Origin: Macrostomum hystrix
Lineage: Eukaryota > Animalia > Platyhelminthes
DNA: 64,000 nucleotides
Assembly: GCA_950097015.1 (NCBI GenBank)
Contig: CATNEN010000038.1
Span: forward strand, 16,802,001-16,866,000
Direction: 5' to 3'
Every line of letters starts with the position of its first letter. Position 1 is the stretch's first letter. The notes below the pieces were generated by a model, which was not told the origin of the DNA, made no database searches, and saw nothing but the letters and a program-made list of their open reading frames with translations. The position numbers and the translations under genes are program-made. This document shows positions 51,051-63,821 of the stretch, piece after piece.

Positions 51051-54000
51051 TCAATTGTAATGGTCAGGCTGTTTGTCCACTTCGTGGTGCATATTATGGT
51101 TGCGACAGTTCATTGGACTAAGATTGTCCCAGTTGTAGCCCTGCAAAGTTGTTAGACGAGAAGGTAAATGAAATATAATAATTTATTAAAAACTATAAGG
51201 ATTTTGACTTAACAAAAAAGCGATCGAGCATAACTAAAGGCGATAAGGAACAACGATAGTCGAATCAACCCTAGCGGAAGATTAAAGTGGTTAGATATTA
51301 CACAATTGACATATTGGTTAGCCAACTAGTTATTGAATACAAGCTGGCGAATCGATAAGACTTTATCAAGTTAGTCTATGGTAATTCGTAGCTTTAAGCC
51401 AGTTAAGAAGACGCGAAAGAGCTAATAGCAATATGTCTATGGTAGAAATCACAATTACATCTCCCTACTTGTTGGCCAAACTCGTGCGTCTATGGCAAAA
51501 AGACGCTTTGCCATAGACGCACTCGTTTTAGTGCAGGAATAACATACTTATTTGATCTCCATAAATTTTAGTTTGTGTTTTTTAATAAAAACTCTATTTA
51601 AAAGGAAATTACATTTTGGAAGCATGAAAGGAAGTTAAGCGGTTAATTACCACAGCTTAGACAAACATTTACCGGTATTTCAGCTCCTGCCGATGAGTTG
51701 CAAGACTGGTGAATGAGGCCTGTGCGGTACATCTGCTTGAGGGCGGCCACCTCCATGAGTCCCCAACCGATGCTCTTGTAGTTCTCTTCTATCGTCTTCC
51801 TGCTCGACGTCTGGGCTCCGTACAGGCTGTAAAGCAGTGGAGGTTGAAGTCTCATTGATCAAAATAACTATATTTCAAGTGAAATTGATACTCGCGAATT
51901 GCTTGGCTGTGGATATATGTACACTGCAGACAAAGACCCAGACAGGGATGTACATCTGTTTTAACATTTTCAAAGTCGGTCAGTGTACACTCTCACTGGG
52001 CCTAAAGGGTTGGCCCTCATGGGGTACGGCAAACCACTACATATATTATTCTTTTGTTCTCTCTCGACTGGGCCCCAAATAAAGTAGACTACCTTGACGT
52101 TGTTTGAATTATTACTGAATTGCTTCTGCTAAGTAATTACAGGCTCATTTTGTTGAAGAATCGATCCAGGGTGTCGCCGCTGACAACACTCTTGCACAGC
52201 TCCAGTTGACTCTTGGGATAGTAGAACGCATAGTTCAGGCACATTTCATTGCTAATTGACAAGCCGCCAATTGTGACATTTATACGCTTGGAAGTGTCGT
52301 AGGTGCAGGTTGTCAGCAGTGCGTCGCCCTGGCAACAGTTGGCGTAGGTGAAACACGTACTAACTGTCTTTAGACGTTTTGTTTTTTAATGAAAATTATT
52401 GACCAATCGTCATACAGAACACAGGCTAAACATTTTCCGCTCCATCACAAAACATCGGCGCGTAATTCTGCAATGATTCTCGTCGGGGTGTCTGTTGGAA
52501 TAAACCACAAATAAAGGCACAGTGTTTCTGCTCACAAAGTTTCATAATGTAACCGTTTGGCTATTATGGATGACTATATTGCATTGATTATTGTGATAAC
52601 TTATATTTTTTAACTAATATGGATTAGTCACAGACGTTATTGCAGGGCAATGTTAGTTTTATTTGTCACCTGGGTCTTCGACAATAATCGCTGAATATCT
52701 AGACGATGCTGAATCCATGGCTCAATCAAATTTAGTTAATATAAACTCTAAATGTTTAATGACTCAATAAAATGGTGGACGAGAAACTACAACTTTTCAA
52801 AACTAAACAATTAAACGGACCACGACGAAACTTACGAGCTAAAATAAGGAGTGCTTACGGTTCTATTTTCACACATGAACAAGAAACAACACTAAGTCTC
52901 TTACAGGTAAGACGTGAACAGGCCGAGGTAGCAGACGAATTTCCTGGAAATGTGGGCTATAATGCTTGTCGTCATTCAGAGTCCTGGAGAACTGCTGCGG
53001 CCTGTGATGGATGGTCCTTACACGGACGCCACTGCTGTGCGTGTGCAACTGGGAGGCGAAGATCTTGATGCCGTCTGGTGGGAGGCCCTGTGAAACAAAT
53101 TTTGGAGTCCATGTCCAGCATAAGCTACTCACAAGCAAGTAGTAGGACTCAACAAGCAACCAGCGAGTGACGATTCTGTCCATTCCACTATTCGCTGAGC
53201 ACACAAACGCGCACAAATACTTTACGCAGGCACGCACTCACTCACACATGTGTAGCATCTGCCCGACCTTTCGTCATCGTTATATAGAGAGCCTACACTC
53301 TCACTGTTCCTTTGGTCTTGGCACAGAAAGGCGTAATTTGCACCAAAAATAAGATTTCTAATGAAAACATTAAGTGATTAAACCTGCACCGAATCGACAG
53401 CTCCAGCATCTGAAGACTGCTCAGTCCATGAACTGGGACTCGGGGGACGACATACCAGCCCTCAATTCCCCCAGCTAATGCTGGCACTCATTTAACAACC
53501 TAGAGCAATGCAGAATTACGCAAAAAGGCGCAAAACTCTTCGCAGCAGAGTCAGGATTCGAACCCCTGACCTTCGCTCTAACCACTAGGCTACAAGCCCC
53601 TCTGTTATAACCTTGGAATTGTAACTCCCTCTTCCAAATGAATGTGGCCTCGCCGCGGATTCGAACTCAGGGACCTTGCTGTGAGAGGCAGACGCGTTAG
53701 ACCACTCTGCGACTCATTCCCTCTCCCGTGATTGGTTAAAATCAGATCAGCTGACCACTCTGCAACTCATCCCCTTTTCCCTGTGATTGTTTAAAATCAG
53801 ATCAGCTGACCACTCTGCAACTCATCCCCTTTTCCCTGTGATTGTTTAAAATCAGATCAGCTGACCACTCTGCAACTCATCCCCTTTTCCCTGTGATTGT
53901 TTAAAATCAGATCAGCTGACCACTCTGCAACTCATCCCCTTTTCCCTGTGATTGGTTAAAATCAGATCAGCTGACCACTCTGCAACTCATCCCCTTTTCC

Positions 54001-56401
54001 CTGTGATTGGTTAAAATCAGATCAGCTGACCGCTCTCGTGCATTTTGGCAGGCAGTAGCCGGTCAGCTCGAACCTCGGCTGTCCCGGCGGCACCGCACTA
54101 TTGGGCAGATAGTCCAGCCCCAGCTCCATGATGCCTGCGTCGAACTTTCGCAGTCGTCTGGTGAGGTAGAAGCGAAGTCCGCTGCTGTCCACTAGGCCAG
54201 ACTTGCTCTCCGGATTGTTATAGTGCAGCTCGATCACGGCGTACTGAGCTCGGCCGACTCCGACTTCACCACCGATGGGAAGGCCAGCCTCTGCCGGGTA
54301 GAAAATTCCCTGTCAACAGTTGCGATTGCTTAGCCTTACTAGTCACTTTGGATTTGGGTGAGGCTGTCACTTTGGATTTGGGTGAGGCTGCCACTTTGGA
54401 TTTGGGTGAGGCTGCCACTTTGGATTTGGGTGAGGGTGCCACTTTGGATTTGGGTGAGGCTGCCACTTTGGATTTGGGTGAGGCTGCCACTTTGGATTTG
54501 GGTGAGGCTGCCACTTTGGATTTGGGTGAGGCTGCCACTTTGGATTTGGGTGAGGCTGCCACTTTGGATTTGGGTGAAGTGGAGTTGAGGGTGGGCGCCA
54601 TATAGAATTTTGAAGGGCTCGTACATCGAGTTGGAGGTACCACGGCCCCCGGCCCCTGAATCCCAATTCGACCTATCGAAAATCCATGCACTACTTGCTA
54701 CTCTCAGTAGCTCAGAATAGAAATCCAAATTGTTGATTGTCTACCAGCTCACCGTAGCTCCCATGGCCCATGCGCCGATGACCTTCCTGCATGAGGTCAT
54801 GCCGAGTGGCTTTGTTTCCGAGTTGCACGGCGCGTCATAGTTCTTGACAGATTCTGGCAGTTCCTCAACGCACAGAAACACCTCCAGGTGATGGACCAGG
54901 CCTTCGCTGCCTTTGCTGATAACCGGTTCGTACTTTCAAAAAGAAAAATTGCTGAGTAAAATTTCACGGCACTAAATGTAGCTGTGTACAGTTTTTAAGT
55001 CCGTGGACTGTGGAAGGCGCCAAATTTCTACCCAGGATAATGCTAAGACTTATTTTTCAATTGGTACTAAGACTCGAACTCCTGACCTCTCTGTCGGTAG
55101 TCTGAAGCTTTAACAGCTGAGCCACAAGCTCAGAATACAGCAAGTGAGTCCTCACCCCAACGATGTGATGTGGCTCTGGCATGTCTGGCAGTTGCACCAC
55201 CCGGCACCAGTAGGTTGTCTCCGCGGATGGCACCTGAACGCTCTGAACTCGAACCTCCATCTCGGTGGTGTCTGGCTGCGGCGGCGGTATAGGCAGCTGA
55301 CTTTTGATCAGCTGCACCAGATGTACTTTTATGTCATAGTCCTGCAGTCGGTCCCACACAAACGGGCTTTTGAAGAACAATAGGTGAGTCGTGCCTCGCT
55401 GTTGAGTTTAGTTCCGATTGAGTATGGGTTTGAGTTGTGAGGATACCGATGACTCAAAAGGCTGTTGTAGTTAGCATATTTTTGTTGCGACTAAAGATTT
55501 GAAAGCAGAAACACTAAGCATTTCCTGATAGTAAAGATACTCCCAACTGGACATCTGTTGAGAGGTCTTCAACTACTCACACTGAACAAGTGAAGACCTT
55601 AAAATATCGCACTGTTCCGCATTCTCAGACTCACATCAATCCTGTAGAAAACCAAATCTTTCGGGCGTATTGGTCGGAGAATTGTGAGAATAATTCGCTT
55701 GTCGTCGGCGGCCCAATTTTTCAGCTGATATTCGGAAGTTCTCAAACGCTGCAGAGTCTTGGTAGAACTCACTCGAAAATCCGAGATGGTTAGCTGTGAG
55801 TAGAAATTGTGATGGAAAATATTACGCTCGAACATGCAAAAAACGTACTTCAACAAAGAACATATCGAAGCAAAATTACTCGTATATAATTGGATGCACA
55901 GCCAGTGCAAAGTACAGCATTACAGTCCCTCGTACTTATACTACTGTGTGAGCTGAATGGGGGTATGCAGTTGCTAATGCATCGTGCTTAATGATACCTA
56001 GATTTGGAGTATTAAGTCGATGCTAAAAAATTCTGTGAAAACTTTCTCTCTGTTTAACTTATGTCTATGGCCTAAACCGCATGCGTAAATTGGTCTATGG
56101 CTTCATTAACTGGTCAATACAGCGCCGTTTAACTCACCAGTCCGGACACATCGATGTACACAATGCCAAAGTCAGACCCCTCCAACTGTCCCCGAGTCGA
56201 AAAGCCCAGACCGACAACGCTGCTACTTCGCGGCACCTCCACATTGAAGACAATAAAATTGGCGCGCCAATTGAAGTTCCAGCTAAGCCTTGAATGACCA
56301 TTCATTAGCTGCAACTCGTAGGGCAGCTTCTCTACCTGGCCAGGCGCGGAGGCTGCGGTGCAACCAAAGGCCAAAGCTAAAAGCAGCAATGCTGGTAGCA
56401 T
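51051..56401 (-). CDS. Tyramine/dopamine beta-hydroxylase (copper type II monooxygenase with DOMON domain), 9 exons
   Basis: Exons 56401-56138, 55793-55635, 55398-55156, 54932-54753, 54309-54031, 53087-52905, 52328-52141, 51826-51673, 51140-51051 join in frame. Signal peptide; DOMON (LSWNF, GLGFS...GSD); ETTYWC; copper ligands VHHLE, IELHY, IFASQLHTH, EMCLNY; DAGIMELGL; YSPHFQEIR. Confidence 0.92.
53140..53722 (-). mobile_element. SINE family A copy interrupted by a SINE family B copy (about 53355-53605)
   Basis: Family A body at 53140-53345 and head at 53630-53722 flank a reverse-complement family B element (CAGTCCATG, CCCTCAATTCCCCCAGCT, TTCGAACCCC, CTAACCACTAGGCTACAAGCCCC). Confidence 0.7.
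53700..54030. repeat. 55-bp tandem repeat (6 units) made of the splice-donor region plus the SINE 5' end
   Basis: Unit TGCAACTCATCCCCTTTTCCCTGTGATTGTTTAAAATCAGATCAGCTGACCACTC; the last unit ends exactly at the exon 5 donor (54030/54031). Confidence 0.95.
54343..54577. repeat. 24-bp minisatellite (ACTTTGGATTTGGGTGAGGCTGCC)n, about 10 copies
   Basis: Tandem array in hydroxylase intron 4. Confidence 0.95.
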
Positions 56402-56914
56402 ATCGTCCAGCTTCCTAAACTTATTCTTTCCAAATTTCTGTTCAGAAGAAAATCTCGTGGCTTTTTATAGTCGGAAAGGAAATTGCTTTTCTTTCCTGGC
56501 CAATTCTCGAAATCGGGCAAATATTTGCCGCATTAGAATAGCCAATCATTTGCGGTCCAATGGGCTGCGACTTGTTCGAGGTCTGAAAAGACAATTTCTA
56601 GGAGATTTTTCCACCATTATCGAATGAGATGGGAAATTTCCTCTTGACTGCAGGCTTGTTCCAAAACTAAACCTTTTTTAGCCAATCAGAACTAGTTAAT
56701 GCACGGTTGACCTCCCGAGAGATCAGTGAAAATGTCAAGGGCAATTTCTGCTGCTAATCACTTGTCCACTGATTCGAAAAAGCTTATCCACTCGATTCAA
56801 GCCTGAACAGTTTGTCACCTTTTCTTGGAAATACATGCTGTGTTTAAAATAGCAGATCAGCCCTAAGCGGAAATAACAAAAGCGCTTTATACCACATACG
56901 ATACATATTGGGAG

Positions 56915-57835
56915 ACAGATTTCATGTAAATGCGAGATAGAATTTCATAGAAATACCACACAGAAATTCGTAGAAATGCGAGACAGAATTTCATAGAAAT
57001 TACAGAAATTCATTGAAATACAAGACAGATTTTCATAGAAATACCAGACAGATTTTCATAGAAATACAAGACAGGTTTTCATAGAAATACCAGACAGAAA
57101 TTAATAGAAATACCAGACAGAATTTCTTTGAAATACCAGACAGGTTCTCATAGAAATACCAGACAGAAATTCGTAGAAATAGAAATTCGTAGAAATACCA
57201 GACAGAATTTGATAATGATACCAGACAAATTTTCATAGAAATACCATTGTGCCAGATGTATACCATTGTGTCTGGATGTGCCAGACAGATTTTCATAGAA
57301 ATACCAGACAGAATTTGATAATGATACCAGATAAATTTTCATAGAAATACCAGATAGATTTTCATAGAAATACCAGACAGATTTTCATAGAAATACCACA
57401 CAGAAATTCATAGAAATACGAGACAGAAATTCGTAGAAATGCGAGACAGAAATTCATAGAAATACGAGACAGAAATTCGTAGAAATGCGAGACAGAAATT
57501 CATAGAAATACGAGACAGAAATTCGTAGAAATGCGAGACAGAAATTCATAGAAATACGAGACAGAAATTCATAGAAATGCGAGACAGAAATTCGTAGAAA
57601 TGCGAGACAGAAATTCATAGAAATGCGAGACAGAAATCCATAGAAATACGAGACAGAAATTCATAGAAATACGAGACAGAATTTCATAAAAATTACCAGA
57701 CAGAATTTCATAGAAATGGAGACAGAAATCCATAGAAATACGAGACAGAAATTCATAGAAATACGAGACAGAATTTCATAAAAATTACCAGACAGAATTT
57801 CATAGAAATGGAGACAGAACTTCATAGAAACAGCA
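56915..57835. repeat. 22-23-bp AT-rich minisatellite (GAAATTCATAGAAATACGAGACA)n
   Basis: About 40 imperfect copies roughly 0.5 kb upstream of the hydroxylase ATG. Confidence 0.93.
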
Positions 57836-58314
57836 TTACAGAGAAAAATATTTTTTCTGAGTTTTATAATATTGCATAACTTCACACAAGAAAAATGAAA
57901 AAACTTCTCTACCGACAATTAATGCATCATTTTTGCACATCAATAGTAGTGCCTCCATCCGACAGCTGTATCTAATCTATAGCCGCAATAGCCATCCAGT
58001 TGCTAATGCATAAGTCAGATGTATTTGCTGCAATTGCTTCACTAAAGATCCCTGGACCTGTCAAGCACAGATTTCGGATAAGTGGTCTGCCAAAAAAATC
58101 CAAACGATATGAATCTGAAAACACCTGGACACACTTGCATCAACTCAACAAATGTCTATTCCTATTCAGGATAGAAATGTTTCAATCAATATTAGATGGT
58201 TCATTGAGCATTCTCTGATCGAAAACAGATGAGAGCTTCACTTCAATTACCATACATTTTTGTTTAGATGCATTAGCGCGAGTTTTTTTGTTATCTCTAT
58301 TAGTAAATTCCATA

Positions 58315-58665
58315 TACTCGCAACTTGAAGGCAGTGGGTTCGATTCCCCACTAAAAAATTTAAATTTGCGTCAAATTTAGCAAGAACCACTTAACTCTGC
58401 GTTCTTCAGGTCATCCAGCTGTTATTTTTTAGTGTAAAAATTATTTTTAGTGTAAAAATAAAATACGAGCTACTACTAGGTGCCAGAATTCGCTGGGTTA
58501 ATTCGAGGGTGGGTCTGGCGTCCTCAAATAATCCTTTATATAGATTAGCCGAACAGCCGTAAGCTGCCTTTCAGATGCGCCGCGCAATAGCTGTGGCTGC
58601 ATGTGCCTTAAATTACGGTGGCTGCACGTACATCTGCTCTAATTAAGGCAGGTGTAATAAAAAAG
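58315..58665 (+). mobile_element. SINE family B copy (degenerate)
   Basis: GGGTTCGATTCCCC, TTTAGCAAG...CACTTAACTCTGC, GAGGGTGGG, CCTTTCAGATGCGCC, GCAGGTGTAAT match the 6848 copy. Confidence 0.7.
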
Positions 58666-58719
58666 TAAAAACTACACCAAATTATAAGCAAAGCCAAACG
58701 TCGACGCTTTGCAAATTCG

Positions 58720-59335
58720 CAAGTGCGGCAGTTGCAGGACTTGGCGCACTCGGGGGCTGCTGCGCACGCCTCGCGATATCGTCACATCTAGGCCCTGAGT
58801 CCGCGGCACTGTCGCCTGGGCCTGCCGATCGTACTGCGGCTTGGCCTGTCGGTTGCAGGTCCGAGCGGAGTCTGCGAGTGCCGCCAGACGCTAGACGAGT
58901 TCGACAACCTGTCCTGCAACCGCGCGGCCTCGCTGCTATCGCCGCGGTTAACGAGCTGAACCCCAAATCCGCAACTTGCTGGGCGAAGCCTTCATGTGGC
59001 CGGGCCGGGCGGCACGCGACTCGCGATTGAAGTTCAAAGGTCACTGCAGCTAGTCGTGTCCTTCGAGCGAGGACGGCCAGTAGGCAGCTGGGACGCGATA
59101 TTCATTCACAACTGCGCCCCAAGCTACCTGCGTGTCTCTGCTGTCGCCGTCCGGGCTTCCACTTCCGCCGCTAAGACGGGCAATGCCGCAAGTACGAGTA
59201 TGCCGACCCGAGCGACCGCTTCGATTTGCGCTCAGCAGTCGGCGCTGCACTGCATGAGCCTTCGGCCGGTCCAGCGCTGGGGCTGGCCTACAGCATCGAG
59301 GCGCAGACCGGCGAGCGCGGGGGTGCGCAATGTTA
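58720..59335 (+). pseudogene. Degenerate Cys-rich extracellular protein fragment (WSC/PAN-like)
   Basis: GC-rich exon-like island. Plus-strand frames give TVAWACRSYCGLAC / GVCECRQTLDEFDNLSCN and CLCCRRPGFHFRR*DGQCRKYEY with frameshifts and stops. Confidence 0.3.
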
Positions 59336-59749
59336 ACAATTTAGTTAAAATTGTTAACTAAAAAATACTATTTATTCATTCTTTGTATTTAGTAATTTGA
59401 AAAATCATTGCAAGCACTTTTCTGTTGCAATATTTGCATACTCATTTTTACGCATACTCGTTATCAATTTTCTAAGCTTCTACTTTAACTTATAGCATAT
59501 ACTGTCACTTCTATCTTACCTCAACTAATTGATTCATTTATAAATTGTTCGTTCGTGCGTCACAGCTCACCATGAATTTGCAATATATTCTACTTATTTA
59601 TCCTAACTTACACTTAAGAATATCCTGATCACTCGCGTTTATTACGACTTTTCTCGCGATAATTTTGAGCTAATTCAAACTAGTCAGGCGCGGTCTTTTT
59701 GTGCAGAGAGAGAGCTAGCGCAGAAAAAGTAACTAAACCACCTTGTTAC

Positions 59750-59944
59750 CTGTGGCGTAGGGAAGGGGATGGGGGTGTATCCCCCCGAGCAGCCGCCAAT
59801 TTTTTTTAAATACCTTTTTTCTAGTATATGATGGGCAATGGCATTTTTCAGCAACAAACCATGCAATACTTTAAGATTTAGAATTTCTTTTTCCCTCCCA
59901 TGGGGCGGCCTATCCGCCGAAGAAAATTTCTGGCTACGTGGTTG
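59750..59944. mobile_element. Degenerate hAT-like MITE
   Basis: Ends CTGTGGCGTAG ... CTACGTGGTTG; 8-bp TSD CTTGTTAC / CTTGCTAC. Confidence 0.5.
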
Positions 59945-60226
59945 CTTGCTACTTGCAAGTATCGTAAGATCCTTTATTGTCAGGAATTGCTCCTTTTTTA
60001 ATCTCAATTCATATTTCAAATTTCTTTGCACCGTCTCACAAACTCTTATTTATAATTTATGTACTTTCAAGTTATGCCTTTATGTATTTTTTTAAATTAT
60101 TATCTCATTCTCGTGTAGTTATGTATTCTTATGATGTATTGGTAGCGAAAAATTAGTGCCCGAGTGACAAGACACTGTATGTATATTACCATTACTGAAT
60201 TGACTGATTAATTTTAGTTTCTAGTC

Positions 60227-60498
60227 AATACATGCGCAATCTCCCAAATCGTAGCCAACCGTGCAACTTAGTTTTTGCTCTCATTTGCGACTTAGTTCGT
60301 TTCATTGCTCTATTTACAACTTAGTTTGCTCTCATTTGCTCTCTTCTTCTCTCCCCTTTTTCCTTTTCTTCACGCTTTCCTTTTTTGTCCCTTGGTCCCC
60401 CCTTTGATTTTTTTGCACTTGGTTGATTGGTTTTTGTGACTTACCTTGCTTGGCCCTTGTTTCACCTGGCCGGGTTGGCCGGGTGTTGCGCATGTATG
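60227..60498 (-). mobile_element. hAT-type MITE, family M, copy 2
   Basis: Reverse complement of 38140-38428; perfect TSD TTCTAGTC (60219-60226 and 60499-60506). Confidence 0.9.
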
Positions 60499-61891
60499 TT
60501 CTAGTCATATACTCATACTAAGACTAGATTGGAGTTGCCTTATCTCAACACCTACTCTAGGCCCTTCTCTCAACAAACACTCAATAAAAAATTAGTTTTA
60601 ACTCTTTAATAGGCTACTCTATACTCTTTATAAGTTAGACACAATTCAACCAACTTTGTTTCAATTCAACTGGGTTATTTGGTATATTCTTGCAAAAGCT
60701 TAGTGGCAAAACACTGGTCCAGAAAATAGTAAAGTTTAGACAATAAGAGCTGAAATATATATAGCCTCAGGGGAGGGAAGATGCAGTGTATTATAACAGG
60801 ATATGGCATTTAAACAAATTGAAGTAAACTAGGCCTAGTATTATAAGCAAATTGTAGCACAAGTTTAAATTGTATTATAAAGTAAGTAACATTGAATAAA
60901 ATAGTCTGCCACAACTTGGCTTCCCTTACATGATTTTTCAAACAAGCAAAAAAGCAAGTGAGAAAAATGCATGGACATGGATAAAAGTAAAAAGGCATAA
61001 AATGATGCATATATGGTCACAAAAAGGCAATAAAATTAAAACTTAGATAGAAGTAAAGGTAAAATTATCCAAAACAACAGATAGGTGGCAAGGGAACATT
61101 GCATAGCTAGGCTAGCAACATGGCCAACCACCTGGCCCTAATGTTCAAAAATTTATATTTAGTGGGTAGGCAAGATTGCACAAATTGAGTTCTTGGGATA
61201 AGGAATGGCTCTATTCGAAGCAGCTATAGCATACTCTAAATTGAAGATACGACATAGAACATCTATTGGATCAAACAGATCATAATGCTAAGGACACAGC
61301 TTGGTACATGTGGCAATGTCCAAAAATTGTGTTTAAAAATTAAATTTTGCATTTTAGGTGCTCATTGTCTATTGAGAGGAAGATAATCAGAACAGCCTAT
61401 AGGTTATTTGCCAGGCTTTTGTCAAATATGATGCAACACTGGTGGTAGAGGACCTAGTGGCTGTGGCTTTAGCTACTGCTGATGCTGTTTGCCAATCTGC
61501 AGGATTGCTGGATCACCTAGGTGAATTGTTCTGATCTGCTCAATTGCTGCTGCTGCTGCAGTGGAACCAGTTGCATTGGTTTGGCATAGTTCTGCAATGG
61601 CTTCAGGGCTGTTGGTGTGTACAGTGACAGGCTGGATTAACAGGTGATGATGGTGGCTTACAGTTGGTGTTGTTTGCCAACTTTGGCTTGGTAGGTTGTC
61701 TTAGTGGTAGTGCAACAATTGCCTTGTGATCTACAACTTTGCAACTTAGATCTACAACTAAAGATCTATAAAGTTCTTAACTTAAGAACCTAACATGTCA
61801 CATCCTAAATAAATGTATTCAATTTGGTTTCTTTATATATATTTGTATCTTCTTGGCACTCTGCATGTCTGGAATAAAAGTTTGCCTGCAT

Positions 61892-62172
61892 CATACATGC
61901 GCAACACCCGGCCGACCCGGCCAAACCGGCCGGGTGAAACGAGGGCCAAGCAAGGTAAGTCGCAAAAACCAATAGACCAAGCGCAAAAAAATCAAAGGGG
62001 GGACCAAGGGACAAAAAAGGAAGGCGTGAAGAAAAGGAAAAAGGGGAGAGAAAAAGAGAGCAAATGAGAGCAAACTAAGTTGTAAATAGAGCAATGAAAC
62101 GAACTAAGTCGCAAATGAGAGCAAAAACTAAGTCGCATGGCTGGCTAAGATTTGGGAGGTTGCGCATGTATG
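61892..62172 (+). mobile_element. hAT-type MITE, family M, copy 3
   Basis: TIR CATACATGCGCAAC; TSD GCCTGCAT / GCCTGTAT. Confidence 0.9.
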
Positions 62173-62824
62173 GCCTGTATGCTTGATAGATAAGGAGAAG
62201 GGCATACAGATATTTGATAGATTTCTGTATAGGGTAGTGCCTTACATTGTGCAAAATTTTGCCAAGCCATGCTACACTTTTGCTCCCTGTTATTTGCTCA
62301 CAATAAAAGAGTTGAATGCATGGTTGATTTTCACATTATACCCCAATAGCTTTAGGGAAAAATATAAGCAAATAGTGTTTTAATAAGCAACTATGGGAGC
62401 TAGTTACTATTGGTTTTTGTTTATATGTTTATTTGGTAAGAAGTTTTTTCAAGCAAGTAAATGGCTACTTATTTAAATTTTGTTTATTGAATACTCTTAC
62501 ATTGCAGCTTCAAAACTCTGAATATTAAGAAAATGTTCCTTTAGATTTGTAACAAAAATATGCAAGAAACATTGATAGTCAGTTGATAAAAAGTATTATG
62601 CCTAATTATGAGCACTGGGTATGTTGCTAGAGATACCATAGGCAATGAAGGATCCCTAGTCCTGGCTTAGATTTCATAGTTAGCCAGTACACTGAACAGG
62701 TCCAATCAAAAGTCTCTGCTTGTTGCTTAGGTTGCACTCTTAGTAGGGCCATGGAATCAAAAAACAACAACAGCTCATGCAGATGCAGATGCAACATGCA
62801 GATAACTGTTTAATAAAAAATGAA

Positions 62825-63085
62825 AATGAATAAACCAATTAACTTAATGGCCTCAATTTGTCCACATGTGCGGCTGACAGCACAGCCACAGTTATTGAAC
62901 TGCACATCGGAATGCTGCATCGTGGCTATTCAGTCTATGGACTGGGGGGATGCCACAACAACCCTCTATTACCCCAATTAATGCGGGGACCCACCCAACA
63001 GCTGGTAGAACTGCTGCAATCCAGAATTAGGAGTCTTGCTATTGGACAAAAACTGTTCTAGTGGAGTCGAGAATCGAACCCCGAA
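62825..63085 (-). mobile_element. SINE family B copy (degenerate)
   Basis: GGCTGACAGCACAGCC, TTCAGTCTATGGACTGG, GAATCGAACCCCG are reverse complements of family B motifs. Confidence 0.65.
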
Positions 63086-63275
63086 CTTTAAATTTATAAT
63101 GGCTCAATAATGACCTGTTATTTATTTATATTTCTAATAGTGCATTGGTGAAATGGTGCCAGTGTGAGCTGCTAGGATAGAAATTTTAGTGAATTCGGCC
63201 AGGGCCAAAGTCTACATATTAAACTTTTTATAATACTATTATTGTTTTACAGATCTCTTTTAGTTCAATTAAACA

Positions 63276-63821
63276 ATGCGACCACTAACAGAAGATGAAA
63301 CTAAAGCTGTTTTTGAAAAGCTGTCCAAATTTATTGGCGACAGTTTGACAGCGCTGCTACAGCGCGCCGATCAGCAGTACTGCCTTCGCCTGCACCGCTG
63401 CCGAGTCTACTACGCCCCGGAGCCAACAATGAAGCGTGCGGCCAATGTTCAACACAAACAGCTGCTGAGTTTCGGCACCTGCCTAGGCAAATTCACCAAG
63501 TCTAATAAGTTTCACCTGCAGGTGACCGCTTTAGATTTCTTGGCGCCCTACGCTAAAAATAAAATCTGGCTGAAACCGTCCGCCGAGCAGCAATTCCTCT
63601 ATGGCCATCACGTGACCAAGGCTGGCCTGGGCCGCATCACGGACGCCACCCCGCAGTACGCCGGCCTTGTTGTGTACTCTATGAACGATACACCGCTTGG
63701 CTTCGGAGTGGCGGCCAAGTCTACTCTGCAGTGCCGCAAAGCTGATCCAATGGCTTTGGTCTGCTTTCATCAGGCTGATATTGGCGAATATATTCGCAGC
63801 GAGGCCACCTTGTTTGGCTGA
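63276..63821 (+). CDS. NIP7: 60S ribosome subunit biogenesis protein NIP7, intronless CDS
   Basis: 181 aa: [67 protein letters not shown] (PUA domain). Confidence 0.97.
   Translation: MRPLTEDETKAVFEKLSKFIGDSLTALLQRADQQYCLRLHRCRVYYAPEPTMKRAANVQHKQLLSFGTCLGKFTKSNKFHLQVTALDFLAPYAKNKIWLKPSAEQQFLYGHHVTKAGLGRITDATPQYAGLVVYSMNDTPLGFGVAAKSTLQCRKADPMALVCFHQADIGEYIRSEATLFG

Noticed and set aside
60227-62172. Composite transposon bounded by the inverted MITE pair
   Set aside because: Each MITE has its own different 8-bp TSD, showing independent insertions.
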